Source: Octopus bimaculoides
Taxonomy: Eukaryota
Length of the DNA: 64,000 nt
Assembly (NCBI RefSeq): GCF_001194135.2
Contig: NC_068984.1
Location: 6,539,301-6,603,300, forward strand
Reading direction: 5' to 3'
How positions within the stretch are numbered: the first letter of the stretch is position 1; each line of letters starts with the position of its first letter. The notes beneath the pieces are model-generated. The model saw only the letters and a program-made list of their open reading frames with translations, made no database searches and was not told the origin of the DNA. A program made the position numbers and the translations under genes. Positions 48,502 through 61,529 of the stretch are shown in pieces.

Positions 48502-49314
48502 TTATCTATCTATCTAGCTAGCTATCTGTGTGTGTGTATATATATATATAAGGATATGTATAGATAAATATTCATGTATGTATGTATGTATGTATGTATG
48601 TATGTGTGAGTGTGTTTGTATGTGTGTTAATGACAATAACATTAGAACAACGTAGGAAGTTTGGTTCCCAATTTTGGTATAATGTATGTGTACGGTCACA
48701 CACAAACACACACACACACACGCATACATATGCATTTCGGTATGAGCATGTGCGTATGTGTTAATATGTGTGCATGTGTGTGTGGGTGTTAATATATGTG
48801 TCTTTGTGGTTTGTGTCAGCTTATGAGCGATCTCGCTAATTACTCCATTGCTCTTTAATCGCTTTCAGCTTATTGAGTCATAGCCAGGTCCCATTCTTCC
48901 TTCTTGTGGCTCAGGCATCAGCAGAAAGATATAATTAGCAATATGCCGTATATATAACGCAAAAACAAAAACGGATGAAGAATATAGAGTAAAATCAATG
49001 GGCTTAGGTCAAACAAAAGATCTACATTATCAATGAAATAAGATCTAGAGGATGAGAGAAATTATAATGGAAATAGTCAAGTTGAACTTTGCCCTAATGT
49101 TTGATGGCATTTCGAATATACGATACATAATAAGTATTTAGCTGATAGCAACTGACAGAGGATGGGTGAAGGAAAATTGTTTTACACAAGAATAATACAA
49201 AAGTGGTTATGTGTTGCTTTCATGAATATCTGAATTGGAAGAATTTCTGCAAGTTAATTTGATATTTGTGTAAATGTTGATACATTCTTGTAGTGGTTGT
49301 GACAACGATATTAG

Positions 49315-49368
49315 GAGCTGGCGCTGGGACTGGCGCTGGGACTGGCGCTGGGATTGGCGCTGGTGCAG
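49315..49368. repeat. 12-bp tandem repeat (CTGGCGCTGGGA) x about 4
   Basis: Direct reading. Confidence 0.85.
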
Positions 49369-50718
49369 GTGATAGCAGAGGTATGGAAGAGGCAGGTGTG
49401 CATATGTGTGTGCTTTGTGTATGTGCGTGTGTTTGTGCGCATGCGTGTATCTATATTACTGTGTGTGTATGTGCGTGTGTATATATATANNNNNNNNNNN
49501 NNNNNNNNNNNNNNNNNNNNNNNNNNNNNNNNNNNNNNNNNNNNNNNNNNNNNNNNNNNNNNNNNNNNNNNNNNNNNNNNNNNNNNNNNNNNNNNNNNNN
49601 NNNNNNNNNNNNNNNNNNNNNNNNNNNNNNNNNNNNNNNNNNNNNNNNNNNNNNNNNNNNNNNNNNNNNNNNNNNNNNNNNNNNNNNNNNNNNNNNNNNN
49701 NNNNNNNNNNNNNNNNNNNNNNNNNNNNNNNNNNNNNNNNNNNNNNNNNNNNNNNNNNNNNNNNNNNNNNNNNNNNNNNNNNNNNNNNNNNNNNNNNNNN
49801 NNNNNNNNNNNNNNNNNNNNNNNNNNNNNNNNNNNNNNNNNNNNNNNNNNNNNNNNNNNNNNNNNNNNNNNNNNNNNNNNNNNTATATATATGGCAAAAA
49901 TGGCGGCTGTGGTCGCAATAATATTAGTGGAGTGAAGGGAGAAAGAGTAATAGTGTTTGTGGTGGTTGTTTGTATAATAAAAGTTTACAAAAAGAATCAC
50001 CGCGTTTGTCACTCAGCAAGAGCAACAACGACAACAAAAACAACACAGAAACAACAACAACAACAACGACGACTAAATAAATGATATCATTCAGAGAGCA
50101 TGTGGAGTGGGGGGTGTTAATCATTTATATAATATAGAGAATATAGAGACATGACAGGTTTTAAATTATCAACAAGTAAAAGTGTAGGGAAATAGATCTT
50201 AGGTTAAGAAGAAATAAACGAACGAGAAATATATTAAGAAGAAAAAGGAAGAGAAGATGTTTTAAGACAAATATTTAGAGAGTGTGAATATGATAAACGC
50301 AAAAAAATAAACAAACAAATCAACGTAACGAAGTATTACATGCGGGCGTCGGCGGAAAAATATTACAGGGGCAACAATCGTAGTGTAGCACCGGTTAATG
50401 TGTTGCCACATCCAATTGTGCTGATATGGTTGTATAAATAATTGTGGCTGGGTGTTGTGAAGGTTTGTACGAGTGTACAGCTATGTTGGTGTCGCTACTA
50501 CCAGCAAGTGGCATTTTTAATAGAAACAAGAAATCTCATTATGTTTGCCCAGTTGCCACAAGGGGTCGCCACATCAACGTCGAAACTGATCGTGGCGACT
50601 CTTTGAATCTAAAAATTTTGGCTGGAAACCAGTAACTTTTGTATTTTGGAGTTGTTTTCGTGGGAATTTCATTGTTGTGTTTTTATGTTTCTAATGTTGA
50701 TATTCAGGTCAAAGGGGA

Positions 50719-50770
<52 letters not shown>

Positions 50771-51974
50771 GTAATAATAATAATAGTGATAAATAACAGA
50801 AAAACTCGTCATAGAAATTATGGCTGCTGGTTATGACGAAGGGAGAGAAGATAAAAATGGTAGAGAAATCATGAGGAGTTGGTGCTTTCGTAGGTCGGTC
50901 GGTCGTTTTTCTGGTTTGTCGGTTGGTTCGTTGGTTGGCTTGCCTGCTTGCTTGTTGGCTGGCTGGTTTGGCTGGCTGGCTGGCTGGCTGGTCGGGGACA
51001 GGTTTTGTCAGATAGATTTCTAATTGTGTTAACGGTTCGGCTGGTGTCAGAACTGATAAAACAGGCCATCGTTAAGATTACTCTCCCGTCGAACATCCGA
51101 ATTTCATGAGCAAAATAATTTGCAAGATAGCTGCTTAATACTAATCTTGTGGCGGCTGATAAAACGTGGCAACGTGTCAAACTCGAACCCTCAATTGTAT
51201 TACAATCATTTTCCTACACCTCACGTTTCTTCACCTCCTTCTTTTCTTTCTTCGATGCTGTTTTTACTACTTCCTCTGCCTTTTCCTTCTCTCTCGCCTC
51301 TGCGTTATTATTTCTCTCTTTCCTCTTCTTCTTTACATTTGCAAGCATATAGTTACACACATACGCATACGCACACAAACACTCACACACACGCACACAC
51401 ACACACACACACACACGTACAAACACACTGCACACACTTCTCTCTTCTTTTCCCCTCTTCTCTCCCTCCCGCCATCTCTCTAATACTTTCCTCTCCCTCC
51501 CGCCATCTCTCTAATACTTTCCTCTCCTTCTCTGATTTCCGAATTCTTCACTTCATAACATTTTCCCCTTCACAACGCTTCACAAATGTTCGTCCAGCTT
51601 TTTTTCCTATTTTATTGTTGTTTAAATATGGCTCTATTATATTTCGTTCTCATCAGCCACCGTCTCAGTAAATCCTAATTACTATACATTACTATTCCTT
51701 TGCATTCCAAAAGGCATCTCTGGTTTAAATCGAAATCACTTAAAGAGGTTTCTTTTAATTGCTTTCCTAGTTTTTACTTTCTGTTAAGCAATGTTTTGTT
51801 TTTCTTTTTCTGAGACGAGTTTTTAAAACAGATCAATGATTTCGTTCCGGAATTTCTCATTTTCGATTAAGAATCGTTTCACATTTTCTTTTACGTTAAC
51901 ATGATTCCTTATGGGTGTCAAAGTCTTAAATTTAGACGAAATCAGGGAATAAAATTTTGTGAAGAAGATCATGT

Positions 51975-52378
51975 TTGTTGCAGAATCGACAGGGTGTCCA
52001 AGAAGTGCCTTGTAATTTTTACGGTTCTTTACATTCTGAGTTCAAATCCCATCAAAGTCAAATTCGCCTTTCATCATTTCAGGGTCGATAAAGTAAAATT
52101 ACAGTGATGTACGGGGGTTGATGTAATCGACTAAGCCTCTTCCCATCAAAATCGCTAACTTTATGTTGAAATTAGATACAATAGTATAGGATATCAGGCC
52201 GGTGGATTGGCAAATTCGTAAGAGCGTCGAACAAAATTTCATTCAGCTCTGAGCTCTTTATATACTGAGTTCAAATTCAACTGAGATTAGAATTGCCTTC
52301 CTCGAGGGTTGATAGGAAAAAATACTAGACAAATTCACCCACCTCCAAATTCCGGACTTGTGGTTATGTTTAAAACAA
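51975..52378 (+). mobile_element. Two tandem diverged SINE family 2 copies (about 51975-52185, 52195-52378)
   Basis: Each has ctgagttcaaat and gcctt..agggt.gata core. Confidence 0.72.
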
Positions 52379-52561
52379 TTATAGAACTCAGAGGCTTGAG
52401 CAAAACAAATTACCTTGAATGAAACAAAAATGGTTTAAAACGAGCGTTGCAAAACGTTAATCTTCTTTTATAAAGAAAAAAAAAGAATTACTTTTCTCCA
52501 TTTCGAAATAAAGGAAAACGTTATGCTGCATGTAAAAAGTAAAATAATTTGTCTAAACTTA

Positions 52562-52597
<36 letters not shown>

Positions 52598-53263
52598 ACG
52601 AAGCTCCATATTGTTATCATAGAAGCATAAAACACTTTGGCCTCTAACAAGAATAATACCCATTTTCTTTATTTCCACAAAAGGAAAAGCCCCTGTAGAA
52701 TATGCAAGACAATATTGAACGTAAATATTTTTTATTTATATAGCACATCATGGATCACTTATATAGAAAGTATTTCTTCCTGCTTTGCTTCAAAGTAGTT
52801 TTATGATGCGAATCCCCAAACAGAAAAATATGTCTTTCTGTTACATAGACGATTATTTTTAGGCGGATTTCACTAAATTTCAATGCATACAACACTCGAA
52901 TTCTTTCAGAGAAAAACGAGATTTTATACTTGTCTGAGTCATTGGACTGAGTTTTATTATGTCAAATTAACGTAATATTTTGCAGTAAGGCCTCATTAAA
53001 CATTTCTTCTCTTACAATCATCTATGGTGTCTTAATCTTCCTGTTTACATATCAATCAAAACCAAGAATGAAGAATCTGTTGGTGTAGATTAAGCAAATA
53101 CATTACATGTACCAATAAATATAATATAGGAACGAATTCATAGCCGTGTCGTTAACAAGGGCTCTTGGAAATTTTGTGTTTATAGATTCAGTCCCACAGC
53201 GTGGCACTTTGGACAAATATTTTTTCTCNNNNNNNNNNGTGTGTGTGTGTGTGTATGTGCGTG

Positions 53264-53306
<43 letters not shown>

Positions 53307-53333
53307 AAATGATGTATAAATATACGACATATA

Positions 53334-54608
53334 TTGAGTCATCCCATAAATAATGCGGGTTTTTCAATTGCATGAACTAAAAATCGAACTGCACTCTTCA
53401 AAATTTGAACCAGGCACTTGCTATAAAAGCAAGTTATAGTTTTACTTTGTTCTTGGTGCAAGTTTTGAGGAGTGCAGTTCGATTTTAACACTAAAGCAAT
53501 AATGGCACTGACAAAGGAGCATATTCGACATATTTTGCTTTATGAGTTCAATAAAGGGAACAACGCAATGGAAAATGCAAGGAATATTAATGCAGTGCAT
53601 GGGGATCAGACAATAAGAATAAGCTGGTGTCAATGGTGGTTCCAGATATTCTCAGCTGGAAACTGCAGCCTAGAAGATGAACCTCATCCTGAAAGATCTA
53701 TAGAGCTCAATAGAGACATCCTCCAAACCCTGGTAGAACAAAATCTCATCGTAATTGTTGTGGAATTAGCAGAGAAACTTGGATTTGGTCATTCAACCAT
53801 TCGTCGACATCTGCATGCCATCAGAAAAGTGAGAAAATTGGGTCAGTGTGTTCCTCACAAACTTCCAGAGTCTAATCGTGTGCAGAGAGCGAATGTGTGC
53901 TCTTCTTTGCTGTCACATCTCATGAATGAACCTTTTTTTGGACTAAATAGTGACTGGTGATGAGAAATGGGTTCTCTATAAAAATGTCAAGCGCTGAAGA
54001 CAGTAGGCAGAGAACGGAGGAACAACGGCACCCCAGGGTAAAGAAGGTCTTCACCCACGTAAGGTTTTGTTATCTGTTTGGTGGGATATGAAAAGTTTAG
54101 TCCACTTTGAACTTTTAAACCCAAACCAAATGATAACAAAAAAGATCTACTGGAAGCAACTTGAGCAGCTTAAGTCAGTACTAGAAGAAAAATGACCATC
54201 TTTGGTTTCATGACGAAAAGTGTTATTCCATCAGGATAATGCTCGGCCATATACAACAAGGATGACATTCCGAAGGCTGGAGCAGATTGAATGGGAAATG
54301 ATGCCCCACCCACCATATTCGCTGGACATTGCCCCATCTAATTATCATTTATTCCACAGTCTTCAAAATCATTTGTATGGAAAAACTATGAATTCTGTAG
54401 ACGAGGTCAGAACAGTAGTGGAGGAGTACTCTTCATCATGGACAAGTGAATTTTGGAAGAGGGGGTTGGCAAGTCTACCAGATAGATGGAAGAACATTCT
54501 AGAAAATGAAGAAGAGTATGCTTTAGATTAAAAAAGAATTTTGTTTATCTTAATTTTGAAAAATAAAAGACGTATAAAAAAAATTGCATTATTTACGAGA
54601 TGAACCAA
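53334..54608 (+). mobile_element. Full-length mariner (DD34D) transposon, 1275 bp, inactive
   Basis: Imperfect TIRs ttgagtcatcccataaataatgc and gcattatttacgagatgaaccaa; TA at 53332-33 and 54609-10. Confidence 0.93.
53502..54531 (+). pseudogene. Mariner transposase pseudogene
   Basis: MALTKEHIRHILLYEF..CVPHKL..IVTGDEKW..HQDNA-(34 aa)-APSNYHLF (third Asp mutated to Asn), YSLDIAP. One frameshift near 53940 and several stops. Confidence 0.93.
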
Positions 54609-55482
54609 TATGTACATATTTATACTTATGTGTGCGTGTGTGTGCGTGTGTATAATTACATATGCAAACTGACATGTATATAATATATAATATGCGTAGA
54701 TGAATGTATACGTACACACATACAAACACACACGCATGTATATATACATAATTACACATAAGCACATTGAAATGCATATTATATACGTGCCGATGAATGT
54801 ATACATGTACGTATATGTATATATACATACATACGCTATATGTTTATACATGTGTACCTGCACAAGCACATACGGACTTTCATGCGTTCGTAGAGAGACA
54901 TTTTGTATTTCCGTTTCTTGCTGTCAAATGTCTTTGCCTCTCCTTTGTTTAACAACGTTAAACTTCTTGTCTTAAAGATGTCTCTCTCTTGCCAATGGAA
55001 CACGATCCAGACGAGCGCTGATTGCAATGCTTCTACACACGCCTTAAGCCAGACATTTGCTATCGACGTCAAAACGGCTCTCCTTTCTTTCTTTCTTTAT
55101 TTATTTATCTATTTATTTATGAATCCATCGGTGCGGAAATAAGCCGCAGTTTAGGAATAGAATGATCCTGTTATAGTTCTTGTGCCCTTTCCTCGTTGGA
55201 TCAAACGCGTGCGCGCACACACACACACACGCATACACAATCACACGCACACATACACACACACACACACACTGATGTAATACACACATACACATACACA
55301 CACACTTTTACATGTTCGTGTCAATTCTTTTTTTTTTTACAAGAGAAAGGTTGACAGTGATTTCGAAGTTTCGGCTTGCTTGCCTTTGTCACACATTCTG
55401 ACGACGGCGAGCAAGCGGAAATCTTGAAGTGACCGACAAAGGATGATTGAAACCAGTGAAAGGTAGAAAATAAAAACATGAA

Positions 55483-55658
55483 CAGTAGTGGCTGTGTGGT
55501 AAGTAGCTTGCTTAACAACCACATGTGGGTTCAGTCCCACTGTGTGGCACCTTGGGCAAGTGTCTTCTACTATAGGCTCGGGCCGACCAGGGCATTGTGG
55601 GTGCGTTTGGTGGACGGAAACTGAAAGAATCCCGTCGTATATGTATATATATATATAT

Positions 55659-55712
<54 letters not shown>

Positions 55713-55905
55713 TATATATATATTATATATATGTATATGTGTATTTGCGTGTGTTTGTGTGTCTGTGTTTGTCTTCCCTCCATCGCTTGACAACCGATAC
55801 TGGTGTGTTTACGTCCCCGTAACTTAGCGGTCTGGCAAAAGAGTCCNNNNNNNNNNTTACGTCCCCGTAACTTAGCGGTCTGGCAAAAGAGTCCGATAGA
55901 ATAAG
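55483..55905 (+). mobile_element. SINE family 1 copy containing a 10-N gap with duplicated flanks
   Basis: gtggctgtgtggtaagtagcttgc...caccttgggcaagtgtcttctactatagg. Confidence 0.9.
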
Positions 55906-56377
55906 CATGTATGTATGTATGTATGTATGTATGTATGTATGTATGTTTGTATGTGCGCGTATGTATGTGTTTTATCACTTTTTCTATTCGTTAGCGACAT
56001 CAGTGAAGTGTACTTCTCTCTTTTCCTCCTGCTTAGGTTTGTGTGTTTACATTTTTTATTTGTAATTTTCCTCCCTTCCTCTCCTCCTACTCTCTCTTTC
56101 TTCCCTTTATCTCTTTCTCTCTCTCTCTACCCATTTAATCCCTCTCTCTCTCACTTACCATCTCTTTCTTCCTTCCTTTCCTTCTCTCCGTCTCTATTCC
56201 TTCATTATTTACTGCTCATCTCACCCCACTCCCTCCCTCCCTCCCTCCNNNNNNNNNNNNCATTCAACAACTTATTTTTACTTTTCCACTCACAAATCCA
56301 CCTCCTCCTCATTTTTTTCTTTTTCTCTTTCAATTTTCTCCTTTCGCTCTGTCATTGCCGTAGATCTATTTGTCTGC

Positions 56378-56382
56378 TGCTG

Positions 56383-56438
<56 letters not shown>
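56378..56438. repeat. (CTA)n microsatellite
   Basis: Direct reading. Confidence 0.95.
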
Positions 56439-56439
<1 letters not shown>

Positions 56440-56998
56440 ATTTCTTATTTGCTTCATACTCTCTCTGTCTGTCTCTTTTTCTTTCTGTCTCTTTTCTTTC
56501 TGTCTCTTTCTCGCAGCTACCCTGTACACCTTAGATATATACACATAAATATATACAGATACAGACTTCCACACACACACGCACACACTGATAGACTCAA
56601 GGTAGAAGACACACCTACATTAATGTAACCATGGGCATCTTATGAATACTCTTATGAATACCTATAACTACATACACACACACATACGTACATATATATG
56701 TGTGTGCGCGCCCGTGTGTGTGTATGTGTATATGTGTGTGAGTATACGTACTCACGGCACACTGCCTCACACACTCAAACGTATATACGTATGCACACAG
56801 ACTTACATACATGTTCCTATATGTACACATATTTACACACACATACATCCATACACACACACATACCCAGGCACACACATAGAAACATACAGACACACAC
56901 ACACACATATATACACACATACACCTACACACACATACACACATACACACACATATACACATACACACACTCACTCACTCAGACAGACAGACACACAC

Positions 56999-57034
<36 letters not shown>

Positions 57035-57099
57035 CCACTCAGTCACACACACACGCAGCAGATAAGATGGTGTTCTGATTATTAAAAATGAAGATAACG

Positions 57100-57645
57100 A
57101 ACAACAATGGCTGCGGGTATTGCGATAATAGTTTTGGTAGGAGTATAGAGTGGTGTCGGTCCTTTACCGGTGATGGTTGTATATATTGTAATGTGGGCTG
57201 TAGTAGAATGAGTGGTGGTTGTATGAATGAGGTTGGTATGGGTAATAATGGGGAGACAGTTGTATGGCTAATTGCAGTATAGGTGGTAGTAGCTGCATGG
57301 GTGGTGGTGGTGGTTGTATGAGTGGCAGTATTGGTTGTGGTATATGTGGTAGTATACATTGTTGTATGAGTGGCGGTGGTGTGGACTGTGGTGATGATCT
57401 GGCGTGTATTAGCTGTTGTATGTGTGGTAGTGTAAGTGGTGGTGGCACTTAGATCAGTAGTAGAATTAGTTGTAGCATGCATGGTAGCTGGAGTAGTAGT
57501 AGTGATGGTGACGGTGGTGGTAGTAGTAGTGTTGGCGGTGGTAGTAGTGGTGGTCGTGGTGATGATGGTGGTAGTAGTAGTGGTAGTGGTGGTGGTGGTA
57601 GTAGTAGTAGTAGCAGCAGCGGTGGTGGTGGTAGTAGTTGTAGTT

Positions 57646-57689
<44 letters not shown>

Positions 57690-57725
57690 TGTAGTAGTAG
57701 CAGTGGTGGTGATTGTGATGACTTG
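57100..57725. repeat. Degenerate GGT/AGT/TGT low-complexity region grading into pure microsatellite
   Basis: Recurrent gttgtatgagtggc units followed by (GGT)/(AGT)n. Confidence 0.8.
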
Positions 57726-57753
57726 GTGCTAGTGGCGTGGGTGGTGTTTTTCA

Positions 57754-58235
57754 TCTTTTACTTGTTTCATTCACTGGACTGCGGCCATGCAGGGGCACCG
57801 CATAAAAGGCTTTTTTTATGTCACGCAAATCGACTCCAGTACTTACGTCGTTTTAAATGTCAGCCGCAATTTCTATTGGTATCTTTTGCTGAACTGCTAA
57901 GTTACAGGAACATAAGCCATGGCCGGTTTTTAAGCGGTAGACGGGGAAAAAGACAAACACACATACATGCATACACACACACACACACACACACGCATAT
58001 CAGTCGTGTGTGTGTGTATGTGTGTGTGTGTATGCATGTATGGGTGTGCGTGATGTGTGTGTGTGGGTGTGTGTGTGTGATGGGGTTCCGCACAGTTTCT
58101 ATCCACAAAATCAACTGACAAGGCTCTGATCGTGACTATAGCAGAAGACGCATGTCCAATGTGCCGCACAGTGGGACTGAACCCTTAACCGCGCGGTTGC
58201 AAAAGCAATCCTTCTTAACCACAGAGCCAAACCTG
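57754..58235 (-). mobile_element. SINE family 1, full length, diverged
   Basis: Tail gactgcggccatgcaggggcacc; head cagtgggactgaaccc...cttaaccacagagcc. Confidence 0.85.
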
Positions 58236-58481
58236 GCTGTATGGGTGCTAGTATTGGTTGTGGTGCTTGTTATGATACTGTGGCTTGTAATGGTATTAAA
58301 TATGGTTGTAGTTGAGATAATGTTGGAGTATTGTTGATGGTGATGGTGGTAGCGGAGATGGTATGATGGTGATGATGGTGATGGTGATGGTATGATGGTG
58401 ATGTGGTGGTGTTTAATACAGTCTAAGTAACACTAGTCCTTTTATTTGCAATGGACGGATAGACGTCCTCACCTTGTTGTT

Positions 58482-58527
58482 ATCACAACGTTTCGGGTGA
58501 TGTATTCTCCAGCCTTCATCGGGTGTT
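58482..58527 (-). ncRNA. Hammerhead motif, mutated (CCGATGA core, stem II mismatches)
   Basis: AACAC-CCGATGA-A-GGCTG..CACCC-GAA-ACGT-T-GTGAT. Confidence 0.6.
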
Positions 58528-58705
58528 CTGGTGGAATTTTGAACCCAACCCTTTATTTGACTAATGGGGTTTACACAGGAAGGTTAGATGATTTGAAAGA
58601 CAAGCTAGTTTCTGATGGAGTTTCTCTGTGTTTCCATTGAAGTCTAATGTCGGTTCCGTTCTGATTAGATAATACTGTTCTATATTTTTGAAATGAAGTA
58701 TTCTG

Positions 58706-59774
58706 GGATCTATTTCATCTCAATCACAGATTTTTTAATTAATTTCTTTTTTAATTAAACAGTTTCAAAGTTCGAATGCTGGTAGAATTTCTCACGGAGA
58801 AAACGGTTTATTCTGAACGTCTTTGACAAAATTTCGTATTTTAGAAGTTATTGCGTGTTAAAGATGTCGTATTTTGGGAAATTTCAACCAGTAAGCGACG
58901 TGTATTCTGTTGAAGAAAGCTACTGCTGTTTACGATAGTAATCGAAGAGGAAGAAATTTCGGGTCATCCCTACTAAATGTCACCACTCTGTTCGAAGAAT
59001 CAACGCCATCGAAGAATGAACACCAAGAAGGAAGAAATATTATTTATATTTATTTATTCGTTTGCCCGACATCCGTGTTTTATCCACACATAAAGCGCGC
59101 CAGTGTTCAAAAGACCTACAGAGCAACGAGTCTGCAGCTAGCTTTTTTGTTGTTGACGTATATGTAGTTTCAAAATGCCTTATTTTACAACTACGAGATG
59201 TATTGTTATTGTCATGATTTTCTCCTACTATAATCAACAACAAACACATTTCGTCAATATAAAAGACTTTATCAGAAAAAAATATAACATTAATCAAAAC
59301 ATGAAGGTAAAACAAAACAAATAACAGCTTATACACAGGAAAATACGGTAATTGTAGTGGCAGTGACAAATTCGCACGCAGGTTGCTAGTTGATAGTGTA
59401 GAAGGGAGGGAAAGAGTAAGGAATGCATGGTGCTAACTAGAAAGGAAGAAAGGATAAAAGTGGCATCGTCTTCGCTCGCCATACGGATAGAACAGTGGGG
59501 ACATTTAGCAGAGATGACCCGGAAGTTGTTCCTCTTCTATTACTATCGTAAGCAGCAGTAGTTTTCTTCAACCGAATACACGTCGTTGACTGGTTGAAAT
59601 TACCCAAATACGACATCTTTAACACGAAATAACTTCTAAAATACGAAATTTTGTCAAAAACTTTCTGAGTAAACCGTGTTCTACTGAGAAATTCTACCAG
59701 CATTCGAAGTTTCAAACTGTTTAGTTAAAAAAAAAAATTAATAAAAAAATCTGTGATTGAGATCGAATAGATCC
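58706..59774. mobile_element. Foldback / non-autonomous DNA transposon with about 290-bp TIRs and an 8-bp TSD (MULE- or Merlin-like)
   Basis: 58706-58995 is the reverse complement of about 59488-59774; termini GGATC...GATCC; TSD gtattctg (58698-705) and gaattctg (59775-82). Confidence 0.88.
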
Positions 59775-59825
59775 GAATTCTGTACATTATTTACAATGGA
59801 CATAGGTGTCTTCGCCTTTGTTGTT

Positions 59826-59871
59826 ATCACAACGTTTCGGCTGATGTATTCTCCAGCCTTCATCAGGTGTT
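59826..59871 (-). ncRNA. Minimal type I hammerhead ribozyme motif
   Basis: AACAC-CTGATGA-A-GGCTG(GAGAATACAT)CAGCC-GAA-ACGT-T-GTGAT; core intact, one stem I mismatch. Confidence 0.78.
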
Positions 59872-59904
59872 CTGATGGAATTTCGAGCCCAACCCTTTAT
59901 TACC

Positions 59905-59946
59905 CAACCCGATGAACGATGGAGAGTACATCAGTCGAAATGTGAT
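59905..59946 (+). ncRNA. Decayed hammerhead motif, inverted copy
   Basis: CCGATGA-A-cgatggagagtacatcagtc-GAAA-tgtgat: homologous to the 59826 unit, but CGT is deleted. Confidence 0.5.
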
Positions 59947-60157
59947 AACAACAAGCAAGCTAATGGCATCTTTCCGTCCATTGTAAAGAATGTACATAAT
60001 TCCTCATCTCTAAAATATAGACCTGTACTAGTCCTTTTGTACACCATCACCATTGGCGGTCCAGTGGTGGAGTGTTCTCTTCTGTGCTGTTTGGAGCAAG
60101 TCTTTGATATTTCTGATGTGACCATTTTCACTGTAGCACCTTCAGTAAGGATTGTTT

Positions 60158-60400
60158 GGTACTCCGTCGGTTGCGACGACTACTGTTCCAGTTCATTCGA
60201 TCAACCGAACAGCTTGCGCGTGAAATTAACGTGCAAGTGGCTGAGTACTCCACAGACAAGCGTGCTCTTAACGTAGTGCTCAGGGAGATTCAGCGTGGCA
60301 CGGTATGTGACAAGGTTGGCTCTTTTGAATTACAAGGACAGCTCATTTTTGCCAGCTGATGTGGACAGGAGCAACGTGAAATAAAGTGTCTTGCTCAAGG
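60158..60400 (-). mobile_element. SINE family 4, 3' part (tail shared with family 3)
   Basis: Reverse complement: ccttgagcaagacactttatttcacgttgctcctgtccacatcagctgg, then the family-3 tail gtctgtggagtactcagccacttgcacgttaatttcacg...caaccgacggagtacc. Confidence 0.82.
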
Positions 60401-60404
60401 TATC

Positions 60405-61384
60405 AATGGTATCGCCACCTACAGCATCACCTTCATCACCGTCATCATCGCTACCACTATCAAAATCAACTACCGCATTTTATCATTATCTCCATCCACC
60501 ACCACCACCACCACCACCACACCCTCCTCCTCNNNNNNNNNNNNNNNNNNNNNNNNNNNNNNNNNNNNNNNNNNNNNNNNNNNNNNNNNNNNNNNNNNNN
60601 NNNNNNNNNNNNNNNNNNNNNNNNNNNNNNNNNNNNNNNNNNNNNNNNNNNNNNNNNNNNNNNNNNNNNNNNNNNNNNNNNNNNNNNNNNNNNNNNNNNN
60701 NNNNNNNNNNNNNNNNNNNNNNNNNNNNNNNNNNNNNNNNNNNNNNNNNNNNNNNNNNNNNNNNNNNNNNNNNNNNNNNNNNNNNNNNNNNNNNNNNNNN
60801 NNNNNNNTCCTCCTCCTCCTCCACCTCCTCCTCCTCATCATCATCATCACCACCACCACCAACATCACCATCATCATCATAATCATCATGATCGTGATCA
60901 TGATCATCATCATGATCATCATCATGATCATCATCATCATCATCGCCGTCGTCGTCGTCGTCTTCATCATCATCACTGTCATCATTATCGTCATCGTCTC
61001 CACAACAATCACCATCACCATCATCACCATCAGCACATGAAATGCTCTTCGCTGATGTTCCTTCCTGCACTAATGAAGCCATCGCCAACAAGACAGGTGG
61101 AGGCGGCGGTGACAGTGGCGGCATTGTTGCAGTAGTGATACTGGTGGTGGTGGTGGTGGTGGTGGTGATGGTGATGGTATTGGTTAAGGTAGAGTTGGAG
61201 GTAGCGAAGGAGGAGGAAAATGAGGGGGTGATAGTGAAAGTAGAAGCGGTGGCCGGATTGTAATGGAAACTGATGATGGAGGTTATATTGTCGGTGGAGA
61301 TGGTGGTGGCGATGGCGGCGGTTGATTTTTTTTCTGTTTGCGTTGGCGATGATAACGATGATGGTGATGATGATGATGATGATA

Positions 61385-61416
<32 letters not shown>

Positions 61417-61423
61417 GATGATA

Positions 61424-61455
<32 letters not shown>

Positions 61456-61465
61456 GAGGATGATG

Positions 61466-61529
<64 letters not shown>

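Larger units (their letters stand above)
58444..60026. mobile_element. Composite non-coding HHR-bearing insertion (506 bp once the nested foldback element is removed) with a 12-bp TSD
   Basis: Perfect direct repeat actagtcctttt at 58432-58443 and 60027-60038; HHR units at 58482-58527 (-), 59826-59871 (-) and 59905-59946 (+). Confidence 0.8.

Noticed and set aside
50340-50640. Possible hAT-type MITE (ggggtcgcc / gtggcgac motifs)
   Set aside because: I could not define paired TIRs or a TSD.
55809-55894. Apparent 38-bp tandem duplication inside a SINE
   Set aside because: The copies flank a 10-N gap, typical of unmerged contig overlap (assembly artefact).
57039-57732. Thr-rich mucin-like and Gly/Cys-rich ORFs
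   Set aside because: Low-complexity GGT/AGT/TGT region open in several frames on both strands; no domain or splice support.
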